A DNA stretch of 63,766 nt, filler included, from Welwitschia mirabilis (Eukaryota): assembly GCA_051453625.1 (NCBI GenBank). It is 5 parts of one record of this genome, joined end to end, with 100 filler letters (N's around TTAATTAATTAA, not from the genome) between each part and the next. Parts side by side here need not be neighbours in the genome. Positions count along the whole stretch, not along the records: positions 52,581 to 61,352 come from JBOZIK010000001.1; positions 61,453 to 63,766 come from JBOZIK010000001.1; 3 more parts are not named here. The stretch is one strand, 5' to 3'. Positions 52,581-63,766 of the stretch are shown piece by piece. The stretch's first letter is position 1, and every line of letters begins with the position of its first letter. Under the pieces are notes generated by a model that had not been told where the DNA came from, did no database searches, and worked only from the letters and a program-made list of their open reading frames with translations. The position numbers and the translations under genes are program-made.

Positions 52581-55500
52581 CCACATGATCATACACTCAA
52601 GAAAAACAAAGGTGAATAAGTGAGCTAAAAGATAGAAAAAAACACTCTTTGATAACTTAGGATTTAACCATCATTTAAAAAAACCAATACAAGATACAAG
52701 GTATCTTCTTATAAATACAGTCCATAGATATGGGAATATCTCAAGATTGGGTGAATCTAATCTTACCACTTGTAAATGCTCAAGTATGAAACTAATCATG
52801 ATACTTTATAAAGTAATACACAAGTCAAGTTAAAAGATGAGTAGATGAAGTCATAATATTTAATCAAAGGAGTAGGCTAAGAAAGAACTTAGACAATTAC
52901 AGGGAATATAGGCTTCTACTATTGTCAGAGTTGCATCAAAAAATCCTCATATCATTTCAATCATTTTTTATGTGCATACACCATTTTCCACTCTCAAGTT
53001 TTATGATTTTATCTTTTGCAATTTGTTTTAGGGTTGGATGGTGCTATAAAAATAGGATTAGTTTTAAATCTTCCTCCAATCCTAAATCATTAACTAAATC
53101 TTTTTTTCTATATCAAACACTCTTATTGAAAATTTTTTATTTTCAAAGTGACATTTCATTAATCCAATTCTTTTGTCTATGATGCAATGGACTGTTGCAC
53201 AGAAAGCTCTAGGTAAAAGTAGGGAATATCCATTTTGGTTCCCAACTTTTAAAACAACTACATTAATGGAGTAGAAAGCTTCCTCTATTTGAATAACTAA
53301 GTTCTTTATCACACCTAAAAGTCTTTTTATGGATGCATCAGCTAACTCTAAGATAATTTGTATAGGTTCTATTTGTTCTTCCAATTATAAATGTTTACAA
53401 ATGTGTAAGGGTATGATAGTAACACTATTTCTTATGTCTATCAAGGCTTTCTTAATTCTACGGTTTCTTTCTAAAGTGACACTAATGGTTGCTGCCTCTG
53501 GATCTTTAAATTTTGGACACTTTTTAAAAATCAAGTTATTAATGGATTGAGCTAGGAAGACTTTACTAGGGATGGTTTATTTTTATTTCCTTCTAATTAG
53601 GTCTTTCCATAGGTTAGAGTATTTGGGATTTTCTTGCAAAAGTTTCCAAAAAGGTATGTTAATGCTTATGTTTTGCATTAAGGCTTTTAAATAATCATCA
53701 AAAACGGGGTTTGTGTTAAGCCTATTAATCCATGGGGTAGTAGGTTACTTTTGGAACTAATCTTTCTTTCTGTTGCTAAGTGAAGAAGGGAAGGAATGAT
53801 TTTCTAGGATTTCTATGTACTCTTCCTCATCGTTCTTATCATTTTGGTAAGTTGAAGCCTCATGAGTAGGGTATGTTATAACAGTTTCATTCCTTGTCAT
53901 CATCTTACAATCTTTTTGTACTTCATTAGGGTTTAGTAAAGGTTGAGTGGTAAGGGTCCCTTGTGGTCTTTGATTGGCAAGCATGATTTGTTGTAAGATG
54001 TTCACAATATTTTCTATGTTTTCATTTGACTTCTCTTAAGTTTTTCTCAATTCCTCAATGGAATTTCTAAAGGAATCACTATGGTTTTAAGAGTTGGAAG
54101 GGTTTACTAAGTTATTTGGATAGTTAAATTGAAAGTTTTGATATTCAAATCTATTTCGGAATGATTGAAAGTTAGAATAATGTGTTTGAAAATTGTTAAG
54201 TTGTTCATTCATCCTATTTTGAAAATTGTGATTTAAGACTTGTCTTTGGTTGTAGTTTTAAATGTAGTTGGAGGATCCTTAGTTCAAAGCATAAACTTCT
54301 TCATAAATTCTTTCTTTCCACATAAGAAGTAAAGAATAATCTTTTGTGATGCTAAAGTAGAGGTATAGTCCTCATTAGGGAGTTGTTGAAAGTTTGTGAC
54401 TTTTTTCTTACATTTGTGGATGGTAGTTTTATTCATAAAGCTCTTTATGAAGGATTCTTGGACTTGACTCTAACATTTCAGGCTCTTATGAGGAATTGTT
54501 CTAAGCCAAATTTTTGCTTTATCTCGCAATGTAATGAGAAAAATGACCATGTAGGTTCTATCAGTTATTCGCTTTTTATCATTTCCGAAAGTAAGGATGA
54601 GTTGTTCAATTTCGGTGATGTATTGTAGAGGGTCTTCATCAGGTTCTTCTTGAAAGGTAGAATAAGCATTCAAGTTTTTAAGTTCTACATCATCATCAGG
54701 AGGTAAGTCAAAGGGATTTTGGATTTTAAGTTTCTTATTCGCTATCTGAAAGTAGCATGAGTATTAGATTGAGAAGGAGTAGAAGTAATGGTTCTAATGA
54801 CAGGGGATGGATTCAAAGAGATAGGTTGTTTTTGATGAGAGGTCAACATGGTATTAAACTCTGCAGAATTGAAACTAGAACTTTCAAGAAATTGTAAATC
54901 TTGTGTACCTAGGCTATTTTGATTTGTTTCAATTTCAAAATTTAGAAAACTTCTCTAATATTTTTTGCAATGAACTATCTCTCTCTCTGGTATTTTTTGG
55001 CGTCTTCAATCTTAACCATTCAGTCTCAGATGTCGTCCTGTGCATCGTCTAGATGATAACCTAGATAACAAGAATACAGACAACCATAGAAAGAGGGATA
55101 GCAAAAAAGGGATAGTCATCCAATTGTGACATCTGGACAATAAAGGGGACATCAGAGGTTAGTAAAAATAAAAACTAAAACAAAAAACTTATAGAGTACT
55201 AGTACACCGTTGTTGCAGTAAACATCTAGAATATCTATCAAAGCAATGACAACTCTTGATCTTCAAGCAACCTTCCCTAGTAATGGCCCCAAGATGTTGC
55301 AGTGCATATTTATGAAATCAATTTATATCTTGAGATGAATCTTATTAATCACAAATATTATGTACAAATACAACATACTAGTATAGATGAGAGTGATCCG
55401 AAATGTCATAATTCCATCAAAGGACAATAGTATGAAAGTATAAGAGTTGATGTTTAGATAGAAATATGTAATTCTAATCTACTAAAATAAATTGCAATGT

Positions 55501-56399
55501 ATGAAATTAAAATATGTTTGTGCAAAATTAATCTAAGAAAAGAAATAATGATGCACCTAAACTAATTAAACTCAACCTTGACAAAGGATATCCTCATAAT
55601 CTATATAATAGAAGAAACCTGTCATAAATCTTAAATAACATAAACTATGAGAGAGAAGTTCCTGCATATATTAAACATAAAAGAAGATAATTCATATTAG
55701 AAGCATAAAAGGCATCTATACCACAAAATAGTCATTTCTCAATGGAGGAAACGCTACCCAACACCAAGGTAATATCTCTTTGTAATCACAGAATGGTTCT
55801 TCAGTCCTAATATCTCCTGTCATGAGTATGTCAGCTACTATCAAAGATGCTTAAGAATTAAGGGGGAGACCCTTATTTATAGACAGAAAAAGAAAGGAAA
55901 ATTGACAGAGAAGCAAAGAAAAAACTCTAGCTAGTATGCAAAGTAAAGTCACAAAGAAGTAGCAACAACTCGGGAAAACATTCGGTAAAGGTATAAGAGA
56001 ACAATATTGTCTTTTACATCGTCCAGAAAATGTAGGAGATGACAAAGAATGATAATTAGATATTTGTTTAGCTCCCAGTTTATCTTCTTGTGAACTATAT
56101 GTGAACTTATTATCGCACTGTTACAGATGTCATCTGCTATTGATGTCTAGACGATGAGGTGGATGATGGGATTTTATCAATCTTTAGTTAGTTTGATCTC
56201 TTGTTGTTGTGGGAATTATTATCCAAAATATATTTATCCATATCTATATAAAATGCTTGTAATTTATTTAGAAATTACATATTTTCATTCTCTTCTTCTC
56301 AGTTCTTGATTATCATAAGAACTTAGCATTTATATGTTAAGTTACCTACAAAACAACTCAAGATACCTTATCAAATACACTTAAGTTTGTGGCACAACA
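52581..56399 (-). mobile_element. Athila-like element, copy A3 (5' LTR 55295-56399, PBS, gag-protease, no RT)
   Basis: Reverse-complement homolog of A1/A2; PBS 55274-55291; ORF fragments 54470-54673, 53757-54005 and 53094-53384 translate to gag/protease pieces. Confidence 0.88.
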
Positions 56400-59393
56400 T
56401 ACTTGTTTATATACTTCCTTTATTGGTTATATCTCGCTCTTCTTTATAATTGATAATTTATTGCTTTTCATTTTGTTGAGAATAATTATTCTTTCCTAAG
56501 TTGGTGGATTTCTCAAAAAGATCACTAGAAAGATTGTAGAAAGAAAAGCTCTCATTATTTGATGAAATATATTCTAATGTTTCTTGGCTTGACTCCTCTT
56601 CTTCTCTAAATAACTCCATTAATTTGAAACTATAATCCTCATTTGACTTGAGTTAATCATTTTCCATTAATTCCATTTCAATGCTTATCTCCATTAATTT
56701 CAAAAGTTGAATCTCATATATTGGTGAAACTCCTTCATCTTTATAAAACATGTGAAAGTTTGGGATATGATCTAAGATTTTAATGTCATCTTCTTCTTTA
56801 TCTTCTTCATTATTCTTATTATTTTGTTATATGTTGTTTCTTTCATTAGGAGGAAAAATATGCTCATTATTTCTATCATAGCTTAAAGAATTTTTAGATT
56901 TATCATGAATGCATTCTTCATCCAATGAATGGTTTTCAAACAACTTAGCATCATCATATCCATCCTCATCTTTGTTGTTAAAAGATATAGTTGAATTATC
57001 ATTATCTCCTCTTTGTTCATCTCCTAATAAGTATGATGATGAAGTTTGCTCTAAAATTTTGTTCTCAATTTGTGAGGAAGAATCATAATCATTCATTTCT
57101 AAGTTATTTTCATTTTCTTTAAGGTAATATAAATCAAGATAATTCTAAGGATTTTGCATTTTAAGAGATCCTTGATTTTGTTAAGTAAAAGCAACCAAAG
57201 TTTATATGAGTTTATCAGTATTTTCATAGTGCTTTTTTATTATGTTCTTTAATTATTCTATTAGATCTTTTTCTTCTTTGTAGTAGTTCATGGGAGATGG
57301 ATGGAATGGATAAAAATGATTGTATAATATTGAATCTCTAAGATTTTCTTCATTAGTTCTATATGGATTTTCAAAAGAAAAGGGGGAATAATAAGGTAGT
57401 TGAAAAGAGGAATGGTCTCTATCCCTACTCTCAACATTTTTTTATGTTGGCATCCCTTTTTTTGCAAAAATCTCTTTAAGTATTTTCTTACCATCCTCTT
57501 CCAATTTTTTTCTTATTTTTTCAGTAAGAATTTTTCCAAGTATTTTATTACCATTATCCTTAAATTCATTTTTACAACTTTCAAAAAAACTATCTATACG
57601 ACTTCTTATAGCACTATTCAATTTTTAGAAGAATGGGAAGAAGAGAATCTTAGTTCAAGGTAAAGGTAGGTGCTTAGAGATGATCAAGTTTTAAAGTTTT
57701 ATAAAATGAACTCAGAAAAAAAAATAATGTATGCATTTGGAGTTTGTATTCTTGTCCTTTTTTTAATACTTTCTTCTGTCAGTAGCCAATTTTTATTTGA
57801 TAAGCCTTTTTCTAGACTAAACTTACCATGGTTTCTACAAATACAGAATAACAAAAAGTAAATTAAAAACAAGATTGTCATCCTATCTATTATGGAAATG
57901 ACATAACAGATTACACATAGAGGGAAAAAAAAACAAAAAAGAAACAAAATCATAACTAAAATAGAAAGCGAAAAGCACAGAAAATAGGACTATCATCCAC
58001 TTAGTCATCTAGACATTATAAAAAATGATAAAATTAATTTATTTCAAAAAATGCAATTTAAAAATAAAACTAAAAATAAAAATGGAATAATGTCATCTTG
58101 GCTATCATGGGGATGATAGAGAGGATGACCCCTCTTTTTCTACAAAAAACTAAATCTGAAAAATCAAAACTAAAAAATAGCACACAAGAAACCTATAGCT
58201 CCTAATAAAATACAATGCCACATAGACAAATAATTGAACAGAAGTCTGGTATACTTATCTGGATGGCGACAACCCTTGTGCTCCTCAATAGCCTTCCTTG
58301 GCAATAGCACCAAGATGTTACAATGTGTATTTGTGCAAGTTTTTACATTCAAAGAGGTCCTATCATTTATAATCCAAATAGATATCTTATATAATACATC
58401 ACACTAGTATAAGTGGGAGTATATCCAAAATGTCTTATTCATGTCGACATCTATAAAATGATACTTAGATTGCTTTGCAAAAGAATACTAGAAATTAGAA
58501 ATAAATAATAATGCAAAAAATAAAAGTTACAATGCAATATAAATGCAAAGTACAATTAAACTAGATGAATGAAAAATGAATTAATACTGTATACTTTCAG
58601 CCTTAACAAAGGCTACTCTTGATAATCTATATTACTCAAGAGATTGTCACTAGGCAAAATAGACTACAAGAATCATCGAAAAAACTAACATACAAATATA
58701 AAAACAAAACAAAACAAGATTTTTGTATTAAAAAGTAACAAGCATCTTGGTTATAAAATATCCAAGTCTCAATGTAGGACACATAGCCCTCCACCAAATG
58801 CACGTCTTTCTACAATAATTAAGATGGATCTCCTATCCTTCGACCTCCTATCATGAGGGTTTCTGATGCAATGAAGATAAGAAGGAGAATTAAAGGAGGA
58901 TTTATTTATAACAATTCATAACAAAAAAAGACAAACAATAGGTACGGTTAGGTGCACTTATAAATGAAATGGACGAAATGGTTAAAGGCCACTGTCAGAG
59001 TCAGTTGCATATTAGTATCATCTGGAATATCATCCAAATGATAACGGGGACAACAGCACATTATAAAATATGACTTAGATTGATGACTCATCGATGATTC
59101 AGTGGTCCACATTAGCAGTCATTGTCCTACTTGTCGTGGAGACGATGGAGTGGACGACAATCTTTTTTAATTATTTTCTTAAATAAAACTTAGCATTTTT
59201 GTCATTAATCCTTCTTCGAAGCTCTATGCATCAGAAAGTATCTTTAATATACAAAATTTAAATAAGAATTTCACTTTTCTAATATTTCCTCTTATATCTC
59301 CAAAATCCTCAGAATTGCACCTAAACTTGTATAAAAGTCCTACAAAACAACTTATAAAACCCCATCAAATAACCTTAAATTAGTAGTGCAACA
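56400..59393 (-). mobile_element. Athila-like element B2 (5' LTR 58316-59393, PBS, acidic low-complexity ORF remnant), interrupted by A3
   Basis: LTR colinear with 27336-28417 and 33558-34632; PBS 58295-58312 (rc TGGTGCTATTGCCAAGGA); leader homologous to 33070-33550. Confidence 0.8.
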
Positions 59394-61352
59394 CTTAGAT
59401 TCAATGATAAAGGAGAGATAAGGTAAACATCACAAAAAAATATAATCTTTATTACATTTGACAGCATTTAAAGCAAATCATAATACTTCTAATCTAAAGT
59501 AGAAATCTTTAAATTAAAGAGGCTAATTCAACATAATAAACATCTTTATGAAGCCTATTATCCATCTCATTCTCTAGATGATAGAATTAATTATGCTCAT
59601 AAGGATACTTACTAGACTAATTTAGAAATGGATTTGAAACATATATGATGTGTCATTATATCATATAACATCCAAACGATCAGTAGGATGATACGTCAAA
59701 ATAACATTTCACCAAACATTCACCATGTATCTTGTACTATCTTGCATGGCTTCTAGGATTTCTACTACATTTGTTAGTATTTGCTATTTTTAGAGTCTAT
59801 TTTATAATAAATATCTCCTTTATTCTTAACTCCAATTTTATCTTTTTTGAAATTGAAATTTCTTATGATAGGAGATCGAAGAGTAGGAGGTCCCTTTCTT
59901 ATGATTGCATAGAGACATCTTCCTTAATGTTAGGTTATGTATCCTTTATTGAGGTCCTGCTATTTTGTAACACAGATATTAATTTAACATAATCAAAACT
60001 CTATTTTTTTCCATATCTTTTGTTATGTGCATCTCCATTATGATTAATATTTCTTTTGATTCTATGATAGTTTTATCTGTGATATAGATCATGAAGGCAA
60101 CCTTTGTTAAGATTGACATTATTAGTTTAGGTGTATTACATTTCATATTCTAGATTAACTTTACATGATTTTCATATTTTATTCAATGCATGTAATAGCT
60201 TCGATTGATCTTAGTCTAGTGACAGATTTTTTAATTAATTTAGATTATATAAGGCTAATCTTTATGAAAGGTTAATTTGGTAATCAGATAGATATTGCAT
60301 TTAAAATAGAACTTGCATTTTGTTTACGTAGCATGTTTATTTGCATTGTTATTTTTCTACTTAGAGATTACATAAGTATTTTTGAAATTAATTCTCTTTC
60401 CTTTTGCCTATGCCTTCATCTAAATTACAACATTTGTATTACTCCCATCTATATTAGTGTATTATGTTTGCAATATATATATACATATACATATACATAT
60501 ATATATATATAATTGAGGATGTAATTTTTACATAAATACATATCACAACATCTTAGTGCTATTGCTAAGGAAGGCTAATTGGAGTTCAAGGATTGTCGTT
60601 ACTCACATAAGTAGTTTGGATTTCAGTTCAAGCATTTATTTTTAGTAGGTATTTGTATAGCACAAACATAGGTTTTTCTTTTTGCATTTTCTGATTTATG
60701 CTTTAAAAAAAAACACCTTGTTATCCTCATCATCATCTAGACGATCTATGGTAATAACATCCTATAAAACTTAGGTTTTTCATTTTCTTTAAAACTAGGT
60801 TTTTCTTATCATCTCCTCTACTATTTAGATGACTTAGCAGATAATTGTCAGTTTCATTTTATGTTATTTTGTTATTCTACTTTTTATGTGTTTTTTCCTT
60901 TTTTTTTTTTTTTAATCTTCTATCGTTTAGATAAATCGTCTAGATAACCATAGAGATGACATTTACAAAGATAAAACTAAACATGCTAGGACATCGTAAA
61001 CTCTAGTAAAAAGATGAAATATTAGAGAGAACAGCTATTAATCAAAGAAAACATTTAAGAAGTTTTGATTGACTACAAAATAAACCGAGGTATGCACACC
61101 TCATGTATGAAAAATATTTGAAGCATTAAAAAAGAAGGTTTTTTTTTGCGTTTATTATTTTTAAATATAATTTTTCTAAAGAAAATTTTTCAAAAGAAAT
61201 TTTAAGAGAAAGTAGTTTTATTGTAATGTTGAATTCTATGCCAAAACAGAGACAAGTTGCTTTACTTAATCCCCTATTATGATTGAAACCTCTACTACCC
61301 CTATAAATCCAAATGCTAATGTCACTCTTAATCTACCTCTTAGTGATGATGT
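59394..61352 (+). mobile_element. Athila-like element F (partial LTR ending 60550, PBS, leader, gag start)
   Basis: ...CACAACA at 60550, then TAGTGCTATTGCTAAGGA (60554-60571); leader related to those of B1/B2. Confidence 0.7.
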
Positions 61353-61452
61353 NNNNNNNNNNNNNNNNNNNNNNNNNNNNNNNNNNNNNNNNNNNNTTAA
61401 TTAATTAANNNNNNNNNNNNNNNNNNNNNNNNNNNNNNNNNNNNNNNNNNNN
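61353..61452. other. Artificial contig spacer
   Basis: N44-TTAATTAATTAA-N44. Confidence 0.95.
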
Positions 61453-63505
61453 AGAAGAAGATCATGGTGATACAATAAAAATAAATGACACCAAAGATAT
61501 CACACATATATACATAAGCATCATAGCTATGTCTAAAATATAGGAGACAACTGGTCAGAAACTCTCAAGGTCACAACATTCATTCCTAATAAAGAATTCT
61601 AATGCATATGTGTATTATCATAAATCATATATGGATACACAAATGTATATATAGTGAACCCTTGGTCACTTGGTCAAAATTATCCATTAGATACTTAGAA
61701 GCTAAGCATGTTAAGAGGTCCCTTGACTCTATTCCTTATCTTAGTCTATGCAAACTGGGGGGAAGGAAATATATATATAAATATAACCATTGGCAGACCC
61801 ATCAACTAAGCATGTAAAGAGATCCCTCAAACCTCTTCTTCATCTTAGTATCAACAAATGGAAGGGTTATATCAATAGTATAATATTATGTAGANNNNNN
61901 NNNNNNNNNNNNNNNNNNNNNNNNNNNNNNNNNNNNNNNNNNNNNNNNNNNNNNNNNNNNNNNNNNNNNNNNNNNNNNNNNNNNNNNNNNNNNNNNNNNN
62001 NNNNNNNNNNNNNNNNNNNNNNNNNNNNNNNNNNNNNNNNNNNNNNNNNNNNNNNNNNNNNNNNNNNNNNNNNNNNNNNNNNNNNNNNNNNNNNNNNNNN
62101 NNNNNNNNNNNNNNNNNNNNNNNNNNNNNNNNNNNNNNNNNNNNNNNNNNATGGTATATCATTGTACACCAGGTAATAAATAACTACTTAAAGCATTCAA
62201 ATCACAAGAATAAATATGTAAAATAATAAGTTTAAGACTACATACTTGGATTACGACAAGTCACACTGAGGTAACCATAGTCACTAAGAAATGTGCTAGA
62301 CCTGCATCACTAGAAAATTATATCATGCTTAATATAATTACATTGCATCACATAAATAAATATCATTATGATAGGGGAAAACCATAACCACTTTTTTTAT
62401 TATGTTAACATAGTAACTAAATCTTTAAATTAAATTCCTTAAAATGTCAATAAGTAATAAAAAGGAATTTAGTCAAATTATGCCAAATACACGTATTTAT
62501 ATATTTATCTCTAAATGTCATCACATCATAGTAAAATTTTAAATTATCTAAGAATGATTTCATTTCAAGGTATTTTTGGCCCTAACTTCATGATTTCTAT
62601 TTTATAATGTTGACTTGTTAGCTTAATAGTTTAAGGTGAACCAAGAGTAGGTATTTTATGTTTAGCATGTAACCTAGTTAAATTAACTATTAGGTTAACT
62701 ATACTCACATGTAACCTAATACTATTATTAGCTAGCATTTCAAAATACTTAATACCTCATAAACATTAAAAAATAAAGTATGACTATGATTGAATTAATT
62801 TACCTACTAAATATATAATCAATGAAGTATTAACATGAGTAGTAGCTAATCATCTAATTCCCATGTTAAATAGCTAGAATAACTAATATTGCATTGCATT
62901 TCAATTGTATATTATGAAAAAGCATTCTAATTATAATAACAAAATTATTTAGGATACCAAGATAAATATTTAATTTTATTTAAAAGCTTATTTCATCATG
63001 TGTCTATTCCTAACTTCAGTGAACTATTAAGAATAAGACATGTTTCCCCTTGGTAATATATACTCATAATACTATACATATGAGATAGCATAATATAAGA
63101 TAATACCACACACACACACACACACACACANNNNNNNNNNNNNNNNNNNNNNNNNNNNNNNNNNNNNNNNNNNNNNNNNNNNNNNNNNNNNNNNNNNNNN
63201 NNNNNNNNNNNNNNNNNNNNNNNNNNNNNNNNNNNNNNNNNNNNNNNNNNNNNNNNNNNNNNNNNNNNNNNNNNNNNNNNNNNNNNNNNNNNNNNNNNNN
63301 NNNNNNNNNNNNNNNNNNNNNNNNNNNNNNNNNNNNNNNNNNNNNNNNNNNNNNNNNNNNNNNNNNNNNNNNNNNNNNNNNNNNNNNNNNNNNNNNNNNN
63401 NNNNNNNNNNNNNNNNNNNNNNNNNNNNNNNNNNNNNNNNNNNNNNNNNNNNNNNNNNATACTCATAATACTATTAATTTGAGATATAATAATATAAAAT
63501 AATAC

Positions 63506-63558
<53 letters not shown>

Positions 63559-63717
63559 GCATATTATTCAGTATTATATAATATAATGTATCATATTATA
63601 TAATATAATATGATGTTATACAACATATTATAATATAATGTAAGGTAATATAATATTATGTAATGTAAACCAATATAGTAAAATACATTATCATACACAA
63701 AAATATAGGATGTTACA
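61453..63717 (-). mobile_element. Tekay-like Gypsy LTR fragment with (CA)n tracts
   Basis: The rc terminus TGTAACATCCTATATTTTTG at 63717 resembles TGTCATATCCTATATTTTG at 17939; internal tandem repeats. Confidence 0.55.
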
Positions 63718-63766
63718 TCTAACTATTCTAATAGTTTTGAATTCAACATTACCTATATGGTATATT

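Noticed and set aside
11141..61452. Identical TTAATTAATTAA palindrome at 11185, 29720, 52525 and 61397
   Set aside because: Always centred in N44...N44 (100 bp total) with stops in all six frames; an assembly linker, not biology.
1..63766. Host protein-coding genes or RNA genes
   Set aside because: Every interpretable coding signal is transposon-derived; I saw no exon chain, rRNA or tRNA.

Overview
AT-rich, CpG-depleted, gapped plant genomic DNA made almost entirely of nested, decayed transposable elements. I find no intact host gene, RNA gene or CRISPR array. Contents: (i) about nine Athila-like Ty3/Gypsy elements or fragments, eight with a recognisable tRNA-Asp PBS and most with ~1.05-1.25 kb LTRs ending TGTTG...CAACA. 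None shows RT, RNase H or integrase in the sequenced parts. Some carry gag plus protease only; two carry a different, mutually homologous ORF that I cannot identify (10081-10789 on -, ~45807-46470 on +). (ii) Two SIRE-like Ty1/Copia remnants, one with its integrase split by a 20-kb, multi-level nest (17939-37923). (iii) A structurally complete but decayed Copia element with 2.2-kb LTRs (18284-27283, -). (iv) Tekay-like LTR sequence. (v) A CACTA remnant. Four 100-bp N44-TTAATTAATTAA-N44 spacers are assembly artefacts, so adjacency across them is unproven. The best novelty candidate is the unidentified ORF, which shows a synonymous-substitution signature and sits where pol would be. Lineage names and alignments come from reading by eye, not from database searches.
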